Below are positions 51,085 through 59,324 of a DNA stretch of 64,000 nucleotides, piece by piece. Both the position numbers and the translations under genes were made by a program. Below the pieces are notes generated by a model, which saw only the letters and a program-made list of their open reading frames with translations, did no database searches and was not told where the DNA came from. Source of the stretch: a virus. Lineage: Duplodnaviria > Caudoviricetes. The stretch lies in IMG/VR virus record IMGVR_UViG_3300020365_000001, one strand, 5' to 3'. Every line of letters begins with the position of its first letter. The first letter of the stretch is position 1.

Positions 51085-52065
51085 ATGAAACCAACGCTAC
51101 TAATAAATCCTGGCACTGGGTGGTCGGCAACCACGCCCATGTTTTACACCCTTGCGTTGGATAATAAGTACGCTCATCAGGGACATTATAAAGAAAATTG
51201 GTTTCTGGTGAAACTACAGAAGAATGATGACTCTTTCAATGAGGTTTTCAAGAAAGCAAACTCTCCTGCATTGAAGGGATCAAAGGGCAAGCGCCCACAT
51301 GACCATCCTTGGGGTAAAATTCTATCATCTCGCAACGAAATTGCCAAGGATACCCCGATGGACATCTTTTTTCGGGAAAAAATCAAAATCGATGACTACA
51401 TTGAGTACTATTTGACGCACTGGGACAATATAAAACACGATTACGCTGCTGTCTGTGACTTTTGCAACGGAAATTGGGGTTTAGATTACGGATTTTTGAA
51501 GATGATCGCTCCAAAACTGCTTGATCACTTTGAAATCAAGGTCATGATGGAATTTCGCGACCCAGTAAGGCGTTTTTATTCGGAAATTGGCAGTCTTTTC
51601 ACCAAAACTCTTGATTTTGGGTCAAAAGATCACCACGATTTCAAAGTCAAGTCGCTAATTCGGCGAAAAAAGCAGACAAAGACGTTTTTTTACCATCTTT
51701 CTCAAGGTTGGTACTCAAATAATTCTAATTTTCGGGAAGGTTATGCCAAATACGTCGATGTTTTTGGTAAAGAGAACGTTTATACTGTTATAATGGAAGA
51801 TTTTTGGGATAAAAAACAAGAAAAAAACCAATTACAACAAATTTCTGACTTCTTGTCATATAAAGTTGAGAAAATTCATGAAAATGCCTACGTTCCCTTC
51901 ATGGGAAAGAACGCTCCACAGTATGAATTCCTCAAAGATCAGTGGTCAAGTGACATTGAAGAGTTGACTGACGAGGAATATCGGAGGGCAGTTCACATTA
52001 TGTCTAGATATTATACCGATTTTGAAAATACCTTCGGGTATATACCAAGTTCATGGAAGAAATAA
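51085..52065 (+). CDS. Sulfotransferase-fold protein B
   Basis: 'PGTGWSATTPM' and 'FRDPVRRFYS'; paralog of 50002..50895. Confidence 0.75.
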   Translation: MKPTLLINPGTGWSATTPMFYTLALDNKYAHQGHYKENWFLVKLQKNDDSFNEVFKKANSPALKGSKGKRPHDHPWGKILSSRNEIAKDTPMDIFFREKIKIDDYIEYYLTHWDNIKHDYAAVCDFCNGNWGLDYGFLKMIAPKLLDHFEIKVMMEFRDPVRRFYSEIGSLFTKTLDFGSKDHHDFKVKSLIRRKKQTKTFFYHLSQGWYSNNSNFREGYAKYVDVFGKENVYTVIMEDFWDKKQEKNQLQQISDFLSYKVEKIHENAYVPFMGKNAPQYEFLKDQWSSDIEELTDEEYRRAVHIMSRYYTDFENTFGYIPSSWKK

Positions 52066-52175
52066 TCGCGTACCAAACGACTTTGATGTCATTGCTGATG
52101 TTTAGGAAGCTCGTATCAGATAAATACCAGAGGGCATGGAAAATCATGCTCACAATACCATCGCACGAAGCATAG

Positions 52176-52994
52176 ATGAAACTCCTTACGTTTGGATCTT
52201 CTTGGACCCAAGGAACAGGGGCTAGTTACACTGATGGTATGACCTTGGCAGAGTATAAGTCCGCAATTTGCATTGCAGGCGAAACTACTTACGACAAGGA
52301 TCGAAATAACCCCCTAACCTGGAAGAACCTTCTTGCTGAGAAGAATGGGTGGGAACTGACTACACATGCTCGTGTTGGTAGTAGCAACATGAGAAACTTC
52401 CGTAAGATGACGGAAGTTCTTGATGGTACTGATGCTGCTGAGACCATTGTTTTGGTCGGTATTCCTCATCTTGCCCGTCATGAACTCTTTATGAACGATG
52501 ACTCAGTAGGATTCAATGCCTCTGGCAAAGGATATGTTGGTGTGCTGTATGCCAACGGATATGGTAACAACGCTAATATCTTCAAGACCAAAGATTTTGA
52601 CATGTTCCAGTATGTCAAGAATCACTATAACGAACAGAACGAAACCGAGCAACTGCAATATAACATTGCTCACTGGAATCGTTATCTGAATAACCTTGGA
52701 TACAAGGTCTTCTGGTATGATGAACTCAACCAGATCAAGTATACAACGGTACCCGACAACTATCTGTTCACTGAAAAGGACGATCGTTCTCTGATGACCA
52801 TGCTTGCTGTAGATGCAGGTTGGACTCCTGAAGAAGATAATGATCACTCTGGTCAGTCCATGCATCAAGATTGTAAGCGGGCAAAGTATCTGGTAGAGAA
52901 GAAGGCAGTCAACCCTCACGCTATTCTGCCTACCGCAGCATCTCAAGCAAAGATCGCAGATTGGATGGACGCTGCAATCAAAGCAAAACTCTAA
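52176..52994 (+). CDS. SGNH-like paralog 1
   Basis: 'FGSSWTQG', 'GSSN' and C-terminal 'NPHAILPT'. A late-type GATAAATA lies at about 52119-52126. Confidence 0.7.
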   Translation: MKLLTFGSSWTQGTGASYTDGMTLAEYKSAICIAGETTYDKDRNNPLTWKNLLAEKNGWELTTHARVGSSNMRNFRKMTEVLDGTDAAETIVLVGIPHLARHELFMNDDSVGFNASGKGYVGVLYANGYGNNANIFKTKDFDMFQYVKNHYNEQNETEQLQYNIAHWNRYLNNLGYKVFWYDELNQIKYTTVPDNYLFTEKDDRSLMTMLAVDAGWTPEEDNDHSGQSMHQDCKRAKYLVEKKAVNPHAILPTAASQAKIADWMDAAIKAKL

Positions 52995-53011
52995 ATTGAT
53001 CTGACTTTGTT

Positions 53012-53803
53012 ATGAAAAAATTAGTTACCTTTGGTTGCTCATGGACCTTCGGGACGGGTTCTGCCTTTGAGAACGGCATGACCAAGATGGAGTACAGGAA
53101 CATCTCTGCGGATAAGGAACTATGCCGTCAGAATGCTTTCCGTACAATCCTTGCTGAGCACTACCAATATAAGAACGTCAATTATTCTGTCCAGGGTTCG
53201 TCAAACCAGAGACAGTTTCGTCATGCCAGAAAATATTTTGCTACGAATGAACTAGCAGAAGATAAAGTAATTGTGTTGTGGTTTATCACCTCCACAGCAC
53301 GCCATGAGGTCTATTGTACGAATCGTTGGGGGAAAGAGGGCAACGCAGGGTATAGTAACGTGCTGTACGGCAACGGAGGCACCGCTCATGAGCACATGAT
53401 GAGAAAGTGCAACTTTGATTCAAAGCAATACGTCAAAGATCATTATAACCACGAAGAGCAGGTGAGACGACTGAGATTTGAAATGCTCCATTGGAATCGA
53501 TACTTTGAAGGTCGTGGTATTGAGAACTATTGGATCGATACATTCAATCATCATGACTATGGAGCAGAGATTCCTCGGTTGTTATTCGATAAGGAACCTC
53601 AAAGGGATGTACTCTATCAAATGCTAAATGCTAGGGGAATCTCTATACAAAATGATTCCTATCATATCTCACAATACACTAGAGATTCTAAAAGGATCGA
53701 TACTGCTGTCCGATTAGGTCTTGTCAATCCATATTCTTATCATCCGACCAAAGCGGGTCATTATCTGATTGCAGAACTCATCAATCGGCAAATTGCATTA
53801 TGA
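53012..53803 (+). CDS. SGNH-like paralog 2
   Basis: 'FGCSWTFG', 'GSSNQRQFR' and 'NPYSYHPTKAGH'. Confidence 0.75.
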   Translation: MKKLVTFGCSWTFGTGSAFENGMTKMEYRNISADKELCRQNAFRTILAEHYQYKNVNYSVQGSSNQRQFRHARKYFATNELAEDKVIVLWFITSTARHEVYCTNRWGKEGNAGYSNVLYGNGGTAHEHMMRKCNFDSKQYVKDHYNHEEQVRRLRFEMLHWNRYFEGRGIENYWIDTFNHHDYGAEIPRLLFDKEPQRDVLYQMLNARGISIQNDSYHISQYTRDSKRIDTAVRLGLVNPYSYHPTKAGHYLIAELINRQIAL

Positions 53804-54516
53804 TTCTAGTTACATTAGGAGATAGTTGGGTACGAGGTCGTTATCCACTCAAACAAAAGAATTGGATGAGAATTCTTGGTGAGCATTATAATTTCAAGTG
53901 TAACGACTTATCAGAAAAGGGTGCGTCAAACTGGAATCAATTTCGTAAGGCAACCCAGTACTTCAATCAGAACATCGATCCAAAAGAAGTCATCGTCCTA
54001 TGGGGTATCAATACTCTATACTCAGATGAGATCTACATGAATGGTAGGAATGCTTACACTCAAATGCGATTCTCTGCTCATACAATGAATCCTAGAGCAG
54101 ATCGTAAGTTCCGGCATAATAACTATGATTATTCAATCACCAGGCACTATGAAGATCATTTTGATATTGATATCATAGAAGAAAGGACTAGAGACAATAT
54201 CCGATTGTGGCAAAAGTATTTTGACATGTCTGGTATCCGTAATCTGTGGTATGATATCCATAACGAAACCAATACCATCACTGCTAATAAAGTTGTATTC
54301 CCCCATCAAGGAATGCAAGACTTAGTATCACAAACCATTGCATCTAGAAAAGTTTATGAGCAAGATCGACATCATTTCGCTACTGGTTACGTCGATTGTG
54401 ACCGTATTGGTGATTTACAGTTAGGTGGTCTAGTTGATGATGCACTCCTCCCAACACAGGATGGTCATAACGAAATCGCTATACTATTTGAAAAAGCACT
54501 GAAAGATATCTTATGA
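53800..54516 (+). CDS. SGNH-like paralog 3
   Basis: 'LGDSWVRG', 'GASNWNQFR' and 'DDALLPTQDGH'. Confidence 0.7.
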   Translation: MILVTLGDSWVRGRYPLKQKNWMRILGEHYNFKCNDLSEKGASNWNQFRKATQYFNQNIDPKEVIVLWGINTLYSDEIYMNGRNAYTQMRFSAHTMNPRADRKFRHNNYDYSITRHYEDHFDIDIIEERTRDNIRLWQKYFDMSGIRNLWYDIHNETNTITANKVVFPHQGMQDLVSQTIASRKVYEQDRHHFATGYVDCDRIGDLQLGGLVDDALLPTQDGHNEIAILFEKALKDIL

Positions 54517-55295
54517 CAACATTAGTCACGATTGGTTGCTCATGGGTCAAAGGTGTTGGTGCAGCATATTCCTGCAAGAACCCAGATGATAAAGACACCT
54601 ATCAGAGTTATCGAGGCATAACGCCCCATAATGCCCCCTATGCCTGGCGAACACTTTTAGCAAAGAAGTATAACTTAGAACAACATAACCTCGCAAAAGG
54701 TGGTTCTGCTAATAAAACACAGTTCCGTCTTGCAACAGAATACTTCAATACAGTAGAAAATCCAGAAGACATTATCGTCCTATGGGGTATCACATCTATC
54801 CATAGAGACGAACTCTTCTTCAATAATATCGATAAGTATAGAGCATTCATTTTCAATCGCCATACTAAACGTCAAGAACCGTGGGAGAGAAGATCCAGGT
54901 TCAACGTCATCAATCACTTTGAAAGACACTTCAATGAAAAGAATGAATACTACCAACTTGCAGAAAATATCAAACATTGGCAGAAGTACTTTGACCTGAG
55001 GGGCATCCGCCATAAATGGTTCGATACTCTAAACCCCACAAACACCATCCATAAGAACGCCATAGTATTCCCACATGAGGGGATGCCCGACCTGATGTCC
55101 CAAATGACCGCAGAGGTTTCCGGTGAACCATGTCATGGAGATCAAATGCACTTCTCTAATTGGCTCGTAGACTCTTCAAGAATACAAAAACTCCTAGACC
55201 ATAACGTAGTCAACCCACACTCTCTCCACCCCTCTCAAGAAGGTTCTATAGTTATCGCCAACCTCCTTGACCAACATGTAGCATCTATGCTATAA
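54513..55295 (+). CDS. SGNH-like paralog 4
   Basis: 'IGCSWVKG', 'GSANKTQFR' and 'NPHSLHPSQEG'. Confidence 0.75.
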   Translation: MTTLVTIGCSWVKGVGAAYSCKNPDDKDTYQSYRGITPHNAPYAWRTLLAKKYNLEQHNLAKGGSANKTQFRLATEYFNTVENPEDIIVLWGITSIHRDELFFNNIDKYRAFIFNRHTKRQEPWERRSRFNVINHFERHFNEKNEYYQLAENIKHWQKYFDLRGIRHKWFDTLNPTNTIHKNAIVFPHEGMPDLMSQMTAEVSGEPCHGDQMHFSNWLVDSSRIQKLLDHNVVNPHSLHPSQEGSIVIANLLDQHVASML

Positions 55296-55296
55296 T
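55267..55296 (+). promoter_or_regulatory. Sigma70-like promoter
   Basis: TTGACC-N18-TATAAT with extended-10 TG, upstream of the DUF3310-like gene. Confidence 0.55.
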
Positions 55297-55317
55297 CTTA
55301 TCACATCACTGATTGCC

Positions 55318-55548
55318 ATGTCTGAAACCACAGAGAGTAAATATAGTCCTGCACACTATCAACAAGGTAATATTCAAGTATGGGACTTCATCGCTGATCA
55401 GAACTTAGACTTCTTCTGTGGTAATGTCGTAAAGTACATCTGTCGGGCAGGTCATAAACCTCATGAATCCCAAATGGATGACCTCCGTAAAGCACAAGTG
55501 TATATTGAAAAAGCAATATTACTTGCATCTCAGTCCAGAAATCGCTAG
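55318..55548 (+). CDS. DUF3310-like protein
   Basis: 'SPAHYQQGNIQVWDFI...FFCGNVVKYICRAGHK...DDLRKA..YI'. Confidence 0.85.
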   Translation: MSETTESKYSPAHYQQGNIQVWDFIADQNLDFFCGNVVKYICRAGHKPHESQMDDLRKAQVYIEKAILLASQSRNR

Positions 55549-55587
55549 ACTAAGATCTAAATACTTTGATCAACTGCTGTTCTCCCC

Positions 55588-55857
55588 ATGAAGAAATGTG
55601 AGAAATGTGGTGCTACCTGGATGGAGGGTCAACTCTATTGGCAAGGTACTGGCAAACCTGGTAAAGATATAGACCTCGCTGGTCTTGTCTGCAATAACAT
55701 CAGACAAGATGACCCTGACTCCGATAAATGTATCAACCCTTCCCGTGGTCAACTCGGAGGAGATACTTGGGATTACCGTCGTGGTTTCGTAGATGGTGCT
55801 CTCTCAACACTCAAAAAAGAAAAAGAAGATCTTCGTGATCGCTTCGGTGACTTATGA
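55588..55857 (+). CDS. Cyanophage-type Cys-containing hypothetical protein
   Basis: 'CEKCGATW..GQLYW.GTGK...DLAGLVCN...CINP...GDTW'. Confidence 0.75.
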   Translation: MKKCEKCGATWMEGQLYWQGTGKPGKDIDLAGLVCNNIRQDDPDSDKCINPSRGQLGGDTWDYRRGFVDGALSTLKKEKEDLRDRFGDL

Positions 55858-56045
55858 AATATATCATTGAATACCAGGATCAATTCTTCAAGTGGCATCG
55901 CTATGGCGAGTCCCATAACGTGACATCTGCTTCCAATACCGCAAAAATCCGTTCCGTACAGTCCGGTAAGAAGTTCAGAGTCACTCAAAACGCCCAACTC
56001 ATAGAAATCTTCTACCCTTGATATGACTGGATAGTTGAACACTTC

Positions 56046-56077
56046 TCCCCCCTCGAAAGGTACGGGGGGATTTTTTT
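56046..56077 (+). terminator. Rho-independent terminator of the plus-strand operon
   Basis: TCCCCCC-TCGAAAGGTAC-GGGGGGA-TTTTTTT. Confidence 0.6.
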
Positions 56078-56363
56078 ATGGGCAAAATTTTTCTAAGGGC
56101 ACTTTTAGGGGTGGGAAAAAAATTTTGATATTGATATCTTTCGTGCTCTGGGAAACGTTTGTAGGTTAGAAAGAAGGTACTTTTTTGCAACGGGCTCCGC
56201 CCGCCACAACAATAAGGGGCAAATAACTGTCCCTAAGTGTTACTAACTGTTCACGGAGTTTGTGTTAGATAGGGGGCACGATTGTTGGCAGTTGGTGTGA
56301 GGAACTGTGTGCCCCTTATCTATCACTGAGTGCTGTGTGATTCCCCCTGTGTTCGTTACAACG

Positions 56364-56422
56364 AGTATAAGCGATTTTCACGGGGTCTGTGTGACTGTTT
56401 GTGCCACTTTGTAGACCGTCAC
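56364..56422 (-). promoter_or_regulatory. Early promoter with GTGNCA dyad motif
   Basis: Minus strand GTGACGG-N8-GTGGCAC, then 31 nt, then TATACT. Confidence 0.6.
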
Positions 56423-56459
56423 TAACACTAACTGTTTCGCAAGTGTGTGAACTTTGGGG

Positions 56460-56488
56460 TTGTAATCTGTGTGGAACTGTGATAGAAT
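56460..56488 (+). promoter_or_regulatory. Sigma70-like promoter pointing into the structured non-coding element
   Basis: TTGTAA-N17-TAGAAT with extended-10 TG. Confidence 0.5.
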
Positions 56489-56504
56489 GGGAGAAAAAAG
56501 TGTG

Positions 56505-56619
56505 AGGGTCTGAGTGTTACTTAGTGGGTCTCATAGTGTTTCACGGTGTCTCATAGTGCGACCGCTAAGGTAACAACAACCACGAGGATAATGGACGACT
56601 AAGTAACACTCACGATCCT
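56505..56619 (+). ncRNA. Candidate structured RNA or DNA hairpin element
   Basis: Perfect 15-bp inverted repeat (56511-56525 / 56598-56612), extendable by AGGGTC/GATCCT, enclosing two GTCTCATAGTG direct repeats. Confidence 0.4.
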
Positions 56620-56807
56620 TATACGAAAAAGACATATATTTATTCACACATTTTTATTATCATTCAATTTTAGAAATATACCCCATTGAAGTGCATCAAC
56701 GGGGTGCATATTTAGTAGACTTTTATACACCTTCATTGTTAGCAAACTATTAGTTTTACCAATGGTTTTGTGTACCTTAGTTGATGCTAACTGATGGTGT
56801 GCGCGTT

Positions 56808-56990
56808 TCATACATTCTCCAACAATTTGATCACGTTACTATCTAGATTCTCTTGAAGATTATTTTCTTCGAGTACATCTAGGAAATGTGGTTCATGATA
56901 GTTTGACTGATCATATTGGAAGTCATTTTCATACTCATCCCATGCATCGTTGATGTTAGTTTGTGCGTTGAAATCGTTCATGATAATCAA
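56808..56990 (-). CDS. Early-region hypothetical protein
   Basis: Short acidic ORF, last in the minus-strand early array; the start may be the ATG a few codons in. Confidence 0.55.
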   Translation of the reverse strand: MIIMNDFNAQTNINDAWDEYENDFQYDQSNYHEPHFLDVLEENNLQENLDSNVIKLLENV

Positions 56991-57202
56991 TAGCGAGAGG
57001 GGATACGATTGAGGTCGATAGATGATACACAGAACCCAGCAGATTCTGTGATTTGATCAACTACTTCATCCTCATCTTCTGCGAAATAAACTGTTGCTAA
57101 TGTGGCATTGATTATGCCTTGTTGAAATTGCACTGGCAACTCAAAATCACCATCTACAAAATCAAACTGAATGGAGTCAACAACGTAGCGATTTTGTGTC
57201 AT
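56987..57202 (-). CDS. Early-region hypothetical protein
   Basis: 'IQFDF...AEDEDEVVDQITESAGFCVSSID', typical of cyanophage early ORFs. Confidence 0.7.
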   Translation of the reverse strand: MTQNRYVVDSIQFDFVDGDFELPVQFQQGIINATLATVYFAEDEDEVVDQITESAGFCVSSIDLNRIPSRY

Positions 57203-57336
57203 GAATCAGAAGAAAGTTGGTTGTCTAGTTTTGTTTGAATAGAGTCAAATAACTCCATTTCATCATCAGTGAAGTCAGAGAACATTTGCTCCATACAATA
57301 ATAGATTAGAGCACGTTCTTCGTTGGTGATATACAT
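57199..57336 (-). CDS. 45-aa early hypothetical protein (not in track)
   Basis: MYITNEERALIYYCMEQMFSDFTDDEMELFDSIQTKLDNQLSSDS; ATGA-coupled to the next ORF. Confidence 0.6.
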   Translation of the reverse strand: MYITNEERALIYYCMEQMFSDFTDDEMELFDSIQTKLDNQLSSDS

Positions 57337-57344
57337 TTGAATGA

Positions 57345-57692
57345 TCAGGCGAAAGTATAACCAGTGCGGAAAAGATTGTTTTGGAATACATCTTCGCCGT
57401 TGATTGTGCCAACAAACTGTCTCACATACCAGGTGAAATCTTTCTGGAATACACCTTCACCTGCCATGCAGAATTCTTCACAGATAGCATTGAGGCGAGA
57501 TTTTGTGGTGTTAGTTTGCCATCCACCATCGAAGATTTCTACGTCATTATCAGAAACAATGGCGATAAGATTGTCATGCAGATAAACAGTAGTGGTGCCG
57601 TATTCTGCATTGAAGTGAACACTAGTGTTGCCAGATTTCCAAGTTTCGTTGTTCTTGATGGCGGCACACATTTGCTTTTCGATCTTACGCAT
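57345..57692 (-). CDS. Early-region hypothetical protein
   Basis: Likely start at ATG 57692 with a GGAG RBS: MRKIEKQMCAAI...WQTNTTKSRLNA...GVFQKDFTWY. Confidence 0.75.
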   Translation of the reverse strand: MRKIEKQMCAAIKNNETWKSGNTSVHFNAEYGTTTVYLHDNLIAIVSDNDVEIFDGGWQTNTTKSRLNAICEEFCMAGEGVFQKDFTWYVRQFVGTINGEDVFQNNLFRTGYTFA

Positions 57693-57697
57693 GGTGG

Positions 57698-57739
57698 TGA
57701 ACTCCTGTGTTTGTTTGTTGTACCAACAATAATCGATTT
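57698..57739 (-). repeat. 42-bp direct repeat copy A (early -10, leader and RBS); partner at 59283-59324
   Basis: tgaactcctgtgtttgtttgttgtaccaacaataa(t/c)cgattt, 41/42 identical. Confidence 0.9.
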
Positions 57740-57750
57740 TGGACCCTAAA

Positions 57751-57894
57751 TCATTTCCATGTGCCACTTTTATAGGTGACCACTAATTCCTCCAAACGAG
57801 CAATTTTCTGTTCTAGATTCTCTATCGAGCGTTCTAGATTCTTGATGTGATCAACTATAGAAAGTTGATCATATAACGGATCATTTCTGTTCAT
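57751..57894 (-). CDS. 47-aa coiled-coil early protein (not in track)
   Basis: MNRNDPLYDQLSIVDHIKNLERSIENLEQKIARLEELVVTYKSGTWK. Confidence 0.5.
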   Translation of the reverse strand: MNRNDPLYDQLSIVDHIKNLERSIENLEQKIARLEELVVTYKSGTWK

Positions 57895-58084
57895 TTTGCT
57901 CCAACAAATGTGGATAGTATTCTTTCACTTCTTCGATCAATTCATCGACCGAATAACTATCATAACTGTTGCTCATGTTGTCATAAAGAATTGCCATCAT
58001 AGTTTTGATGTCCATGTCGTCCAAAATTTGGTTGATCATGTCATCTTGTAGTTGATCCCGATCGATGATATTATCCTTATTCAT
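57881..58084 (-). CDS. Early-region hypothetical protein
   Basis: 'ILDDMD...YS..ELIEEV...YPHLL' pattern. Confidence 0.7.
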   Translation of the reverse strand: MNKDNIIDRDQLQDDMINQILDDMDIKTMMAILYDNMSNSYDSYSVDELIEEVKEYYPHLLEQNEQK

Positions 58085-58278
58085 TCTGCTGCCTCGTCAT
58101 AGATTTCATAGAACATATTCCATGCTTTTAGATCACTCACAAAAGAACTAATTTCTGCTTGATCACTAACCCAATCATATGCCATATCAATGTCGGCATT
58201 ATTATCAAGAATGAAAGATTGCAATCCTTCGAGTGCATCCAAGAATTTTGGATTGTTGTAAACAGCAGCAATAGACAT
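58081..58278 (-). CDS. Early-region hypothetical protein
   Basis: Acidic 65-aa ORF, coupled to its neighbour. Confidence 0.7.
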   Translation of the reverse strand: MSIAAVYNNPKFLDALEGLQSFILDNNADIDMAYDWVSDQAEISSFVSDLKAWNMFYEIYDEAAE

Positions 58279-58311
58279 GATGTTAGATAAGAAAAGAACA
58301 GTTAGTGATAA

Positions 58312-58578
58312 TCAGCAGAAACAAGGCATATACTCAGCGCGAGGCATTTTGTCGGTGTTGAAGTGTGTAACTGTTGCACCCTTAGCAATTCTTGCTTGCC
58401 AATCATATTTTGCTTCAATACCTAAAACAACGCTATAAGATTTCTGACCAGTAGCACGGAAATGAACGCGACGGATGAAACGTTTCACCACAACTTTCAT
58501 ACCTTTGTTCTCATCTGCCTCAGCAATAAATGCTTCGGGAAAGTAATCAACAATGGTGGCAGAATTGGTCACTTGCAT
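58312..58578 (-). CDS. Early-region hypothetical protein
   Basis: GGAG RBS and its own sigma70 promoter upstream. Confidence 0.75.
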   Translation of the reverse strand: MQVTNSATIVDYFPEAFIAEADENKGMKVVVKRFIRRVHFRATGQKSYSVVLGIEAKYDWQARIAKGATVTHFNTDKMPRAEYMPCFC

Positions 58579-58608
58579 GAATTGAACTCCGTTGCTTTTG
58601 ACTCTTCT

Positions 58609-58637
58609 AAATTACAGGAGACGCAGGATGCTGTCAA
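58609..58637 (-). promoter_or_regulatory. Sigma70-like early promoter
   Basis: TTGACA-N17-TAATTT on the minus strand. Confidence 0.65.
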
Positions 58638-58652
58638 GTATCAAATGATACA

Positions 58653-58820
58653 TCAAAAGACATTGGTCCATTTGTGATGCTTTGCTTCAGTGATATTTCC
58701 CTCCGCTAACAAGTTATCGCAAACATTGCAGAAAACTTGAAACTTTTCTACTTTGCTCAATGCTTTACCATCAGCACATTCTTTGATGGTTTGGATGATA
58801 ATTGCTTTTGAAGTAATCAT
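58653..58820 (-). CDS. 55-aa early hypothetical protein (not in track)
   Basis: MITSKAIIIQTIKECADGKALSKVEKFQVFCNVCDNLLAEGNITEAKHHKWTNVF. Confidence 0.65.
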   Translation of the reverse strand: MITSKAIIIQTIKECADGKALSKVEKFQVFCNVCDNLLAEGNITEAKHHKWTNVF

Positions 58821-58858
58821 GATTTTGTGAAAAGAATTGGGTGGGAGTTAGTGTTAGT

Positions 58859-59074
58859 TTACCAGAAACATCCTTGGTGACGAGCATCAAGCATGTCAAC
58901 ATATTTCTGCCAAAGTATTTCAATTTCACCCACAGTTTCAGACAATTTCAGCAGATATTCGTCATCAGGATTCTCTACTTTCGCATAAGCATCAAGCGCC
59001 TGACCATAATACTTTCGAGCATTGATTAGGTCCGTTGCATAATCATTACCGGTGACACGTTGAAGAGTAAACAT
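58859..59074 (-). CDS. Early-region hypothetical protein
   Basis: 71-aa ORF in the co-oriented array. Confidence 0.65.
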   Translation of the reverse strand: MFTLQRVTGNDYATDLINARKYYGQALDAYAKVENPDDEYLLKLSETVGEIEILWQKYVDMLDARHQGCFW

Positions 59075-59107
59075 GATGAAAAAAGAGTGATGGTTGACTG
59101 TAAAGAA

Positions 59108-59278
59108 TTAGCAGGAAACTTCCATCCATTCAATATCATTACGAGCAACAATCATTGTTTTTCCATGCTCTTCAACACTCCAAGTGTAAGCAACATCTAC
59201 GGCATGATGTTCGCTGGTGAAATACTCAGCATCGAATTGTTCGCCCTTAGGGTACACTGACCAAGAAACAAATGCCAT
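59108..59278 (-). CDS. Early-region hypothetical protein
   Basis: Likely start at ATG 59278 (MAFVSWSVYPKG...) after a GGAG RBS. Confidence 0.7.
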   Translation of the reverse strand: MAFVSWSVYPKGEQFDAEYFTSEHHAVDVAYTWSVEEHGKTMIVARNDIEWMEVSC

Positions 59279-59282
59279 TGAT

Positions 59283-59324
59283 TGAACTCCTGTGTTTGTT
59301 TGTTGTACCAACAATAACCGATTT
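59283..59324 (-). repeat. 42-bp direct repeat copy B
   Basis: Partner of 57698-57739. Confidence 0.9.

Noticed and set aside
47653-55295. Saxitoxin or Nod-factor biosynthesis
   Set aside because: Only generic tailoring-enzyme families are shared; no core scaffold genes are present.
55773-56190. Minus-strand ORFs 55773..56042 and 55999..56190
   Set aside because: The second runs through homopolymer and hairpin DNA. The first has a GTG start and a possible RBS but overlaps a convergent gene by 85 nt and has no recognisable motif; it is left uncalled rather than disproven.
56505-56619. Retron msr-msd or CRISPR interpretation of the inverted and direct repeats
   Set aside because: There is no reverse transcriptase or cas gene in the window, and only two 11-bp repeats with a 9-nt gap.
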